A DNA stretch of 64,000 bases, taken from the NCBI GenBank assembly GCA_963422735.1, contig OY730476.1:256001-320000 (forward strand), in the 5' to 3' direction. The translations under genes and the position numbers were made by a program. This DNA comes from Candidatus Latescibacterota bacterium. GTDB lineage: Bacteria; Latescibacterota; UBA2968; UBA8231. The stretch's first letter is position 1. Each line of letters begins with the position of its first letter. Below, in pieces: positions 9,869 through 18,715 of the stretch. The notes beneath the pieces were generated by a model. The model searched no databases and was not told the DNA's origin. It worked only from the letters and a program-made list of their open reading frames with translations.

Positions 9869-10800
9869 TGTATTTCGGCGGTCTGCTCGCCGCGCTAGTC
9901 ATCCTCGCCGAGGGGCTGCACGCCCAAGCTCCTCGGGCCGAGGCGGCTTTGGACACCGCGGCGGCTCGAATCGGCGATCCCATCCGCCTGACGCTGACGC
10001 TCCACCACGACGCCACCGCGCATCCCGAAGCCCCGGATCTGCCCCAGATCCTGCGGGAGTTTGCCCCCCGTTGCGCCGGCTGGCACCAGCGCGAGACCGA
10101 GGCCGGCTTTGCACTAGTGCAAGAATGCGAGTTGCGTCTGTACGAGCTGGGGCTACACGAGGTGCCGGCCGTGGCCGTGCCTTTTGCCACCGCGGCGGGC
10201 GACACGCTCCTGCGCGAGACCCAACCCTTAGCCATAGAGGTCATCAGCGCCCGAGGCGAAGGGGAGGATCAACTGCGCGACATCAAACCGCCCGTACTCG
10301 TCAGCGGAGGGGTGCCTTTGTGGGTGGTCGTAGTAATCGGACTGCTGGCGTTGGTGCTTTGCGCGCTCGGCGGCGTCTGGCTCTGGCGTCGCCGCACCCG
10401 CGCCCTGGAGCCTTCGCCCCCGCCCAAGCCGATGGACTACGCGGCTGAATTCGCGCGCATTGCCGAGAGCGGTCTCTTGGAACGCGGCGATTTCAAAACA
10501 TACTACTCGCTGCTTGCGGAAAACCTGCGCCGCTTCTTGGAGCAGAGCTTGGCAATTGAAGCGATGGAGCAGACCACGGCTGAGTTAGCGGACGCGCTCG
10601 GAGGTGCTGAAGTTGATGCCTCGCTTAGGCAGCAGATCATCGACTATTTGGGCGCGGCCGACTTGGTGAAGTTCGCCCGCTTCCATCCGGCGCTGGACGC
10701 GGCCCGGCGTGCGCCGGATGTCGGCCTAGCCCTATTGCGCGCTATCGAAGAAGCGGTCGCACCCCGCGCTTTTGAGGCTCATGCAGAACATCCGGTTTGA
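9868..10800 (+). CDS. Bat-operon membrane protein (BatD-like N-terminal domain)
   Basis: RIGDPIRLTL, LRDIKPP, a TM segment, AMEQTTAEL and ADLVKFAR; the usual position upstream of batA. Confidence 0.75.
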   Translation: MYFGGLLAALVILAEGLHAQAPRAEAALDTAAARIGDPIRLTLTLHHDATAHPEAPDLPQILREFAPRCAGWHQRETEAGFALVQECELRLYELGLHEVPAVAVPFATAAGDTLLRETQPLAIEVISARGEGEDQLRDIKPPVLVSGGVPLWVVVVIGLLALVLCALGGVWLWRRRTRALEPSPPPKPMDYAAEFARIAESGLLERGDFKTYYSLLAENLRRFLEQSLAIEAMEQTTAELADALGGAEVDASLRQQIIDYLGAADLVKFARFHPALDAARRAPDVGLALLRAIEEAVAPRAFEAHAEHPV

Positions 10801-11785
10801 AAATCCCGAGTGGCTGTTGTTGCTCCTGCTGTTGCCTGTTTTGCTCTACAGCTATGTGCGCGCACACCAGGGCCGCCGGAGCAGCGTACAGTTTTCCGAC
10901 CTTGGCGTGTTGCGCCGCGCCACGGCGTCGCTGTGGACCAAGCTCCGGCACGGCCTTCTCGTCTTGAAAATGCTCGGCTTGGGCTGCCTCATCGCGGCCA
11001 TGGCTCGCCCGCAAGCCGGGCGCGAGGTGCGGGAAATATCGGGCGAGGGCATCGACATCATGCTGACCTTAGACATCTCGTCGAGCATGGAACTGAACGA
11101 CCTAGACGAAGGCCAGAAGAGTCGCTTACAGGTGGCCAAAGAAGTGGTGGCTGACTTTATCTCCGGCCGCCACAGCGACCGCATCGGCATGGTCGTTTTT
11201 GCCGGCGAGAGCTTCACCCAGTGCCCGCTGACCCTCGACTATCGAGTGCTGCTGGAGTTTCTCCAAGGCGTGGAGATCGCCAGCGAGGAATGGGATGGCA
11301 CGGCCATTGGCATGGCGCTGATCAATGCCTGCAATCGCCTGCGCGACTCGGATGCCGCAAGCCGGGTGATTATCTTGCTGACCGATGGGGTGAACAACGC
11401 CGGCGAGGTCGAGCCGTTGACCGCAGCTGAGGTGGCCGCGGCCGTGGGCATTCGGGTTTATACGATTGGCGTAGGCAGCGACGGGGAGATTCGCCGGCCC
11501 GTACGCGGGGTTTTCGGCACTCGCTATCAGACCGTACAGGTGGAGATCGACGAGGAGACCTTACAGGAGGTGGCCGCGCGCACCGGCGGTCAGTATTACC
11601 GGGCGACCAGCGAGGAAAAGTTAGAGGCCATCTACCGCGAAATCGGCGAGTTAGAGGCGACCGAGATCAAATCCGAAATCCACCTGAACTACTCGGAGCG
11701 CTTCGCCTATTTTCTTTATATGGGCTTGGGTCTGCTATTGGTGGAGATCCTGTTGGCCCATACCCGCTTCCGCTCTTTGCCCTGA
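10781..11785 (+). CDS. batA: BatA vWA protein
   Basis: RFENPEWL double-TM N-terminus; MIDAS DISSSM, DRIGMVVF, CPLTLDY, GTAIG and LLTDGVNN. Confidence 0.9.
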   Translation: MQNIRFENPEWLLLLLLLPVLLYSYVRAHQGRRSSVQFSDLGVLRRATASLWTKLRHGLLVLKMLGLGCLIAAMARPQAGREVREISGEGIDIMLTLDISSSMELNDLDEGQKSRLQVAKEVVADFISGRHSDRIGMVVFAGESFTQCPLTLDYRVLLEFLQGVEIASEEWDGTAIGMALINACNRLRDSDAASRVIILLTDGVNNAGEVEPLTAAEVAAAVGIRVYTIGVGSDGEIRRPVRGVFGTRYQTVQVEIDEETLQEVAARTGGQYYRATSEEKLEAIYREIGELEATEIKSEIHLNYSERFAYFLYMGLGLLLVEILLAHTRFRSLP

Positions 11786-11791
11786 GTTTCT

Positions 11792-12814
11792 ATGCGCTTT
11801 GCGAACTTGTACCATTTTTGGTTGCTGTTGCTGCTGCCCTTGTTGGCGGCCTTTTTTACTTGGGCGCTTTGGGTGCGCGGCCGCGCCTTGGCGCGTTTTG
11901 CCCGCGGCCCGCTAGCCGAGAAGCTGACCCGCAACCTGAGCCGGGGCCGCCAAGTGGGCAAGTGCATCCTATTGGGGCTGGGGACCTTCTTTGCGATCCT
12001 CGCGCTGACTGGACCCCAATTCGGCACTCAACTCGAAATGGCCCAGCGCAAGGGGGTAGATGTGATGCTGGTGCTCGACGTATCGCGCAGTATGCAGGCC
12101 GCGGACGTCCAGCCGAGCCGCTTGGCGCGGGCCAAACACCAGATTCGCGGCCTGTTGGACTTGCTCAAGGGCGACCGGGTCGGGTTGGTGGTGTTTGCTG
12201 GCCAAGCCTTTGTCCAATGCCCGCTGACGACCGACTACGGTGCTGTGGAGATGTTTCTCGATGTGCTGGACGCTGGAGCCATACCGGTCCAAGGGACGGC
12301 CATTGGCGACGCCGTGCGGCTGGCCGTGCGCTCGTTTGACGAGGTCGAGGGCCAGCACAAGGCCATTGTGCTCTTCACCGATGGCGAGGATCACGTGGGG
12401 CAACCGCTGGCGGCCGCGCAGGTCGCCGCCGAACAGGGTGTGCGCATCTTTGCAGTGGGGCTGGGGACGTCCGATGGCGAGCTCATTCCCACCGAGGAGG
12501 GTGGGGGCGTGAGCTTCCACAAAGACAAACGCGGCCAATACGTCAAAACCCGGCTCGACGAGAGCGCCTTGCAGGACATGGCACTGGAGACCGGGGGCGA
12601 TTACTTTCGCAGTACCTTGGGCGGCGCGGAGTTGGCAGCCTTGTACGACCAGATCGCCGAGATGGATCAGCGCGAAATCGGCTCTACCCGCATCACCCGC
12701 TATCAGGAGCGTTTCCAATGGCCCCTATTGTTGGCACTTTGCTGTTTCTTGGCCGAGGCTTTCTTAGGCGATGCGCGGGTGCAGGCCCGCGAGTGGAAAG
12801 GGCGGTTCGCCTAA
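11792..12814 (+). CDS. batB: BatB vWA protein
   Basis: DVSRSMQAADVQPSRLARAK, CPLTTDY, FTDGEDH and ERFQWPL. Confidence 0.9.
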   Translation: MRFANLYHFWLLLLLPLLAAFFTWALWVRGRALARFARGPLAEKLTRNLSRGRQVGKCILLGLGTFFAILALTGPQFGTQLEMAQRKGVDVMLVLDVSRSMQAADVQPSRLARAKHQIRGLLDLLKGDRVGLVVFAGQAFVQCPLTTDYGAVEMFLDVLDAGAIPVQGTAIGDAVRLAVRSFDEVEGQHKAIVLFTDGEDHVGQPLAAAQVAAEQGVRIFAVGLGTSDGELIPTEEGGGVSFHKDKRGQYVKTRLDESALQDMALETGGDYFRSTLGGAELAALYDQIAEMDQREIGSTRITRYQERFQWPLLLALCCFLAEAFLGDARVQAREWKGRFA

Positions 12815-13569
12815 TGGGTATCCTATGGGTGATTTTAGGGATCTGGTTGGTCGTCTGCGGGGCGACCGTAGGCGATCCCGTGGCCAGCAAGAGCGCCGAG
12901 GCTTTGGATCACTACCAGCGCGGCGAGTACGATCAGGCCCTACAGCTCTACCGCGACGCCCTCCTCGACCGGCCCGACGCGCCCGAGCTGCATTTCAACG
13001 TAGGGAACGCGCTTTTTAAGCGCGGCGAATACGACCAAGCCCTGCGAGAATTCGAGCGAGTGCTCAGCACTGAGCAAAAAAAAATCCAAGCGCAGGCCCA
13101 TTACAACATGGGCAATAGCTTCTTTCAGCAGCAGGCATTTGAACAGGCCGTTGCCGCCTACAAGCAGGCTCTGGAACTAGATGCCGCCGACGAGGATGCC
13201 AAGGTGAACTTGGAGCTGGCGCTGGAGAAATTGCAACAGCAGCAACAGCAGGAGCGGCAGGACGATTCAGAGCAAAATCAACAAGATCAACAGGATCAAC
13301 AGCAGGACTCGGAACAAGATCAACAGGATCAACAGCAGGACTCGGAACAGGATCAGCAGGATCAGCAGCAGCAGGATTCGGAGCAAGACCAACAGAATCA
13401 ACAAGATCAACAGCAGGGTGGGCAGGAGCCGGAGGAGCAGCCCGCTGAGGAGCGATCCATTAGTCCCGAAGAAGCCCAGCAGCTTATGGATGCCCTCAAG
13501 AACCGCGAGCTCGAAGCTCAACAGCGTCGGTTTCGCGCCACCGGCAAAGCGCAGGCTAGGGATTGGTGA
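12814..13569 (+). CDS. batC: BatC TPR protein with a Gln/Asp-rich linker
   Basis: HFNVGNALF, HYNMGNSFF and AKVNLELA, a Q-rich tract and C-terminal RDW; ATG overlaps the batB stop. Confidence 0.85.
   Translation: MGILWVILGIWLVVCGATVGDPVASKSAEALDHYQRGEYDQALQLYRDALLDRPDAPELHFNVGNALFKRGEYDQALREFERVLSTEQKKIQAQAHYNMGNSFFQQQAFEQAVAAYKQALELDAADEDAKVNLELALEKLQQQQQQERQDDSEQNQQDQQDQQQDSEQDQQDQQQDSEQDQQDQQQQDSEQDQQNQQDQQQGGQEPEEQPAEERSISPEEAQQLMDALKNRELEAQQRRFRATGKAQARDW
13234..13416 (+). repeat. Imperfect coding tandem repeat (QQDSEQDQQDQ units) in batC
   Basis: About four units of roughly 33-42 bp, e.g. CAGCAGGACTCGGAACAAGATCAACAGGATCAA. Confidence 0.8.
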
Positions 13570-15353
13570 GTGCGCGTCTGGCCATCCCGCTTGTGCTGTG
13601 GGCCCTTGCAGCCCCCGGCGTTGTTGCAGCGGCAACGATTCAATTCGAGGCGTCTGTCGATCGCACGCGTTCTAGCGAGGGCGAGCCGATTCGCCTGACG
13701 CTCCGCATTACCTCGGACGAGCAATTGGGCCAAGTGACGCCGCCAGCGCTCGACTTAAAGGATTTCCACGTCGAGGGGCCAGCAACTAGTACGCGTATGG
13801 AGATGAGCAACTTCTCTAACGTCAGCTTTACCCGCGAGCTAACGTATGCCCTCTATGCCAAGCAGGCCGGCACCTTCACAATTGGCCCGGCCCGGCTGGA
13901 AATGGACGGTACGCCCTATCAGACCAAGCCCATTACTGTCGAGATCGTCCGTGGCACTAGCCGTGCACAAGCAGGCGCAGCAGACGCCCCCCCCCTCTTC
14001 GTGTTGGCGCATGCCGACCACGAGCGGGCTTATGTGGGCCAGCAAGTAACGGTATCCTACGACCTGTTCTACCGCATCCAACCGCGCAATGTAAGCTTCA
14101 ACAAGTTGCCGACTTTTGTCGGGTTCTGGACCGAAGATCTCTTTGTCGCCCAACAGCTAGAAGCGCATCAGGAGATGCGCGGTGGCGTGTCCTTCAACGT
14201 CGCGCCGCTGCGGCGCGTGGCCCTTTTTCCCACTGGCGCGGGGACCCACGCCGTCGGCACGTTGGCCGTTTCCTGCGACATACCGCAAAAGCGCTCGCGC
14301 CGCGGCGGCTTGCTCGACGACTTCTTCTCCAGCGATCCGTTTTTTGGCCGCTCTCGCTCGGTGCTCCTGCAAAGCGAGGAATTGCCAATCGAGGTCCTAC
14401 CGCTTCCAGACCAGGGCCGCCCCGCGGAATTTACCGGCGCGGTGGGGCGCTTCCAACTCAGCGTCGAGGCCCAGCCGACCCAAGTCGCGGCTGGGGACCC
14501 GGTGACGCTGCGCGTGCTGGTCGAAGGCGAGGGCAACATGGCCGCGGTGCAGCCTCTCCAAGTCGATGCCGCTGCTGGCGTCAAGCTCTACGACCCTAAG
14601 ATCGAGGAAGAAGAGCGGATTACCAACGGCGTGTACGGGGGCCGTCGCCTCTTCGAGTACATCTTGATTCCCGAGCAAGGCGGCACCCTGAACATCCCGC
14701 CATTGCGCTTTGCGTACTTCGACCCACACCAAGGACGCTATGAGGTCCTCGAATCTGCCCCCATCGCCATTCACAGCGAGGGGAGTGTCGAGGAGGAAGG
14801 GGTCAGCTACGGGCTGAGCCGGCGCGATATCGAGGCCGTAGGGGAGGACATCCGCTACATCAAGCCCAACGCCGAGGCCCTCATCGCGGGCATCCTGCTA
14901 CACAAGAGCTATTGGTTTTGGACCTTGCAGGGTGCGCTACCCATCGCCTTCTTGGCCCTGCTTTTGTGGCAACGCCACCAGCGGCGCTTGCAGGGCGATG
15001 TTGCGTACGCGCGCCAGCGCCGGGCCAAAGGCGAGGCTGGCCGCCGCCTAGCCCGCGCCGATGCCTTGCTCGCGTCTGGCACCGAGGCCGAGTTCTACGG
15101 CGAGGTCCGCGCCGCCGTGCTGGAGTTCGTGGCCGACCGCCTCAACCTCGCTGCGGCTGGCTTGACCATTGAGGTCTGCGCCGATGCCTTGGTGGTGCGC
15201 CAAGTCGAGGCCGAGACGATTGCGGCGTTGCGCGACCTGCTGACGCGCTGCGACTTTGCGCGCTTTGCACCCGAGGGCGGCCCGCCAACGGACCGGGCTG
15301 CGGCGCGGTGCTTGGCCGGGGAGATAATCGCGGGTTTGGAGAAGAGGATATGA
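13566..15353 (+). CDS. batD: BatD protein
   Basis: Signal peptide; GTFTIGPA, AYVGQQVTV, FTGAVGRF, VEGEGN, FAYFDP, DIRYIK and CDFARFAP. Confidence 0.88.
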   Translation: MSARLAIPLVLWALAAPGVVAAATIQFEASVDRTRSSEGEPIRLTLRITSDEQLGQVTPPALDLKDFHVEGPATSTRMEMSNFSNVSFTRELTYALYAKQAGTFTIGPARLEMDGTPYQTKPITVEIVRGTSRAQAGAADAPPLFVLAHADHERAYVGQQVTVSYDLFYRIQPRNVSFNKLPTFVGFWTEDLFVAQQLEAHQEMRGGVSFNVAPLRRVALFPTGAGTHAVGTLAVSCDIPQKRSRRGGLLDDFFSSDPFFGRSRSVLLQSEELPIEVLPLPDQGRPAEFTGAVGRFQLSVEAQPTQVAAGDPVTLRVLVEGEGNMAAVQPLQVDAAAGVKLYDPKIEEEERITNGVYGGRRLFEYILIPEQGGTLNIPPLRFAYFDPHQGRYEVLESAPIAIHSEGSVEEEGVSYGLSRRDIEAVGEDIRYIKPNAEALIAGILLHKSYWFWTLQGALPIAFLALLLWQRHQRRLQGDVAYARQRRAKGEAGRRLARADALLASGTEAEFYGEVRAAVLEFVADRLNLAAAGLTIEVCADALVVRQVEAETIAALRDLLTRCDFARFAPEGGPPTDRAAARCLAGEIIAGLEKRI

Positions 15354-16102
15354 TGCGTGCATTGGTGCTGTTGCTCCTGTTGGGCACCCAAGTCCACGCC
15401 GGGGCCGCGGCTGGACAGTACAACGAGGCCAACGCGCTCTATCGGGCCGGGGATTTTGTTGCGGCGCGGCGCAGCTACTTGGAGGTGGTAGATGCTGGGG
15501 TGCAAGACGCTCGGCTCTACTACAACCTCGGCAATGCCTGCTTCAAGTCTGGGCGTCTAGGCGAAGCGATCCTCTGGTACGAACGGGCGCGGTACTTGCT
15601 ACCGCACGACGAGGACATTGAGGCCAATCTGCGCTTTGCCAACCTAGTGAAGAAGGACCGCGACCCGCAAACTGAGGACGGCCTCAACGCGCTGGTAGCT
15701 GCGCTGGTAGCCGCCTATTTCTGGCCCACGTTCAATCAGCTCAGCCTGCTATTCGCCGCCGCGTTTTTTGCTGTCTTTGTCTTGGGGGTGCGGTGGTTGT
15801 TCGCTCAGACGCGCTCCGGTGCGCTGTGGCTAGTCGGGGTTTTGCTCTGTGCAGGGCTGAGCGTGGGGTCCGCGCTCTGGCTGGGGACGCGCCTGCGCCA
15901 TCAGGCGCAGACGAGCGAAGCCATCGTCACGGTTGCCGCGGCGCACGCGCGTTCCGGCCCTGACCTCGGGCAAACGGAGGTCTTTGTCGCGCACGAAGGC
16001 ACCAAGGTGCGCTTGGTGCGGCAGGAGGGGGGGTGGATGCTGGTGCGGCTGGCCAACGGCCTCGGCGGATGGATGCCGGCGGAAGCCCTGACGCGGATAT
16101 GA
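15350..16102 (+). CDS. batE: BatE TPR+SH3 protein
   Basis: YYNLGNACFKSGRLGEAILWYERA and a C-terminal SH3 region HEGTKV...GW. Confidence 0.88.
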   Translation: MMRALVLLLLLGTQVHAGAAAGQYNEANALYRAGDFVAARRSYLEVVDAGVQDARLYYNLGNACFKSGRLGEAILWYERARYLLPHDEDIEANLRFANLVKKDRDPQTEDGLNALVAALVAAYFWPTFNQLSLLFAAAFFAVFVLGVRWLFAQTRSGALWLVGVLLCAGLSVGSALWLGTRLRHQAQTSEAIVTVAAAHARSGPDLGQTEVFVAHEGTKVRLVRQEGGWMLVRLANGLGGWMPAEALTRI

Positions 16103-16156
16103 ATCTAACTACAGATCTTTGCTGTATATCAAACCACAACAAAAAAAGGATAAGCC

Positions 16157-17212
16157 ATGAGTACGCTCAAAGTAGGTGTCGTCGGCGTTGGCGGGATCGC
16201 CCGCACGCACATCCCCGGCTGGGAGGCTTCTAGCGAGGCCGAGTTGATCGCCGGAAGCGATATTAGCGAGGACGCGCTGCAGCACTTTGGTGCTGCAACC
16301 GGGGTCGCCAAGCTGCACACCGACCCAGAGGCGCTGTTCAGCGATCCCGATATCGATATTATCGACATCTGCACGCCCAATATGTATCACGCCCCCTTGG
16401 CCATTGCCGCGCTGTCAGCCGGCAAACACGTGATCTGCGAAAAGCCTTTGGCACCCACGCCCGAGGATGTTCGCCAGATGATCGCGGCGCGCGATGCATC
16501 GGGCAAGGAGTTGATGACGGCGCAGCACTTTCGCTTTCAGGGTTCGTCCCGCGCACTGAAGGCCGAGTTGGACACGGGTGCGCTCGGCGACATCTACCAC
16601 GCCCGCAGTTGGATGCTGCGCCGGGCTGGTGCGCCAGTCGGCGGCGGGTTCATTCTCAAGGAGCACAGCGGCGGCGGTCCCTGCATCGACATTGGGGTTC
16701 ACATCCTCGACCTGACCTTGTGGTTTATGGGGCATCCCGAGCCGGTAGCTATTTCGGGCGTGGCCCGCGCTGAATTGGCACACCAAGAAGGAGCTTTTAG
16801 CCAATGGGGCCGCCAGTCGATTCCGTCCCATTACGATGTCGAGGATTTTGCCGCGGCCTTTGTGCGCTTTGACAACGGTGCAACGCTCGTCTTGGAGGTG
16901 AGTTGGATCTTGCACCACCCGGTCCAAGGCGAGGACATGCAGATGTGGCTCTACGGCACTCGCGGGGGGGCACATTGGCCCGAGTGCTCGATTTGCGAGA
17001 GCAACAACCAGACTCGCCAGCAGTACGACCGCAAGCTCATGCTGATGTACGACGGCCTCGAAGCCCACGCGCAGGAATGCGTGGAGTTCGCCGCGGCGAT
17101 TGCCCAGGGGCGGCCCTCGCCGGTGCCGCCTGAACAGTCCTTACAGGTGATGAAAATCCTCGATGGGATCTACCGCAGCCAAGAGGCGGGCGGGGAAGTA
17201 CGGCTGGACTGA
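16157..17212 (+). CDS. Gfo/Idh/MocA oxidoreductase
   Basis: GVGGIA, ICTPN..HA, HVICEKP and GGGPCIDIGVHILD. Confidence 0.92.
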   Translation: MSTLKVGVVGVGGIARTHIPGWEASSEAELIAGSDISEDALQHFGAATGVAKLHTDPEALFSDPDIDIIDICTPNMYHAPLAIAALSAGKHVICEKPLAPTPEDVRQMIAARDASGKELMTAQHFRFQGSSRALKAELDTGALGDIYHARSWMLRRAGAPVGGGFILKEHSGGGPCIDIGVHILDLTLWFMGHPEPVAISGVARAELAHQEGAFSQWGRQSIPSHYDVEDFAAAFVRFDNGATLVLEVSWILHHPVQGEDMQMWLYGTRGGAHWPECSICESNNQTRQQYDRKLMLMYDGLEAHAQECVEFAAAIAQGRPSPVPPEQSLQVMKILDGIYRSQEAGGEVRLD

Positions 17213-17236
17213 GGGGGCTGACGGCAAGGGCGAGAA

Positions 17237-17498
17237 ATCAGACGAACGCAGCCAGTTGATTGTAACGACCCATTCGGACATGCTTGTCGATGCCCTGACC
17301 AATGAGTGGTGGAGTATCGTGGTTTGCGAAAAGCGCGATGGGCAGACTGTGATGCGCCGTCTCGATAAAAAGAAAATGGTCGCTTGGCTAGGGACTATCG
17401 GCTCGGTGAACTCTGGAGTAGTGGCGAGATTGGGGGGAATCCTTGATGAGCATCAGGGTATATGTCGAGAGCGGTGGAGACTCTAATCCCCAAGTCTA
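17237..17498 (+). pseudogene. Remnant of an AAA_21 ATPase C-terminus plus a DUF4276 N-terminus
   Basis: SQLIVTTHSDMLVD...VVCEK, a frameshift to YRLGELWSSGEIGG, then MSIRVYVESGGD truncated. Confidence 0.7.
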
Positions 17499-17945
17499 TC
17501 ACGGCCCCGCTAGCCAATCGACGAAAGCCGCTGGAGACTCAACCACCACGCGGCCGTTGAGCGACTCGTGTTCAAAGCCGCACATTTGGTCGCCGACGAA
17601 GGCGAATACGCCGGTGGTTTGTGGGGTAAAGGCCAGTGCAAAGGTCAAATCAGGCACGGCCACCTGATGTATGTCGAGATGGGGCAGGGCGAAGGTGTAG
17701 ATATAATCTCGACTGGTCAGTTTGAGTTCGACCGCTAGGCCGAGCGGCAGGTGTAACTCCTTCCCCGGCTTGGTGATATCGTCGGCGGTGTGCAACGCGC
17801 CGTCGGGGCCTGGGTAGCGGAATTGCCAGAGGTACTCTTCTCCGGTGATTTGGATGCGCAGCGGGCCTAGGGGCAGGGCAGGTGGACAACTGGCGACTCC
17901 CAACAAGACCGCGCCCCACAGAGTGATTTCCATGATGCGGCGCAT
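17499..17945 (-). CDS. Stand-alone cytochrome c oxidase subunit II-like cupredoxin domain protein
   Basis: ITGEEYLWQFRYPG, ELHLPLG, LTSRD, AVP and MCGFEH; lacks the TM helices of subunit II and several CuA ligands. Confidence 0.7.
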   Translation of the reverse strand: MRRIMEITLWGAVLLGVASCPPALPLGPLRIQITGEEYLWQFRYPGPDGALHTADDITKPGKELHLPLGLAVELKLTSRDYIYTFALPHLDIHQVAVPDLTFALAFTPQTTGVFAFVGDQMCGFEHESLNGRVVVESPAAFVDWLAGP

Positions 17946-18016
17946 GGTGCTACCCTGTTCTCAATAAGCGGAAGGACTAGGGCGTTATCTGCTTAAAGCG
18001 CGGATAACTTAGGTTG

Positions 18017-18208
18017 TCAGGGCTTGGAGGGGGTCTCTTGTATCTTTTGTGCGACTTTGAGCCACTGGTGCCGCTCCTCAGTGTAATTGCCCCAGCCCAA
18101 CTTCACTTGCTGGAGAAAGCGGACCATGCCGACGACCCCGAGTTGCTGACGCAGTACTTCCATCCCCTTTTCGCGGATCTGGGCCAATGTCATGGCTTGA
18201 TATTCCAT
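18017..18208 (-). CDS. Small PIN-partner (antitoxin-like) protein
   Basis: IREKGMEVLRQQLGVVGMVRFLQQ...GNYTEERHQWL, resembling small proteins found downstream of PIN genes. Confidence 0.55.
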   Translation of the reverse strand: MEYQAMTLAQIREKGMEVLRQQLGVVGMVRFLQQVKLGWGNYTEERHQWLKVAQKIQETPSKP

Positions 18209-18210
18209 TG

Positions 18211-18508
18211 TTAACCCACCTCCAAGAGCCAAGCTACAGGATTCGCCACGCGGATGTCTGCGGTGCGAATGATGTGATAGTCTGTCGTGAGAAAGACATC
18301 TACTCCGGCCTGTTCTGTACCTGCGCTGTCGTTCGCGATTGGGCGGGTTGTTGATATCTTCTTCTGCGACAGCACTATTCCACCGCCATTTGCCCGCGTC
18401 GCAGTGCTCTAGAACAAAAGTACCACTCCAACGTAACCGTATGCGGTCTTGGTACGGGTCGTTAAATGGACGGTTCAAGTAGCAAACATCGAAATAGACT
18501 TGTAGCAT
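18211..18508 (-). pseudogene. PIN-domain toxin, internally deleted and frameshifted
   Basis: VYFDVCYLNRPFND.YQDRIRL at the start; DVFLTTD...VANPVAWLLEV in another frame. Confidence 0.65.
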
Positions 18509-18515
18509 AGATGCT

Positions 18516-18590
18516 CTATGACGGCCCTTCGGCTAATCAACGAAAGCCGCCGTCTGCTTGATCGCCCGGCGGCCGTTGAGCACCTCGTCC
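18516..18590 (-). repeat. Diverged copy of the 3' end of the coxII-like gene
   Basis: Aligns to 17496-17570 (ACGGCCC, ACGAAAGCCGC, GCGGCCGTTGAGC shared); reads EVLNGRRAIKQTAAFVD* versus ESLNGRVVVESPAAFVDW. Confidence 0.75.
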
Positions 18591-18715
18591 TGATGCAATA
18601 AGCCCGCCTCGCCCCGCGTTGTCAAGCGGCTTTACACAGGCGCTTTCTCCCGCTAAACTCATCTCATCCGCGCCGATCTTGGCCAACGCCACTGAAATCT
18701 CTCAGGAGTATTCCC

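Noticed and set aside
13234-13416. Q/D-rich repeat as a novel element
   Set aside because: Low-complexity Gln-rich linkers are normal in BatC.
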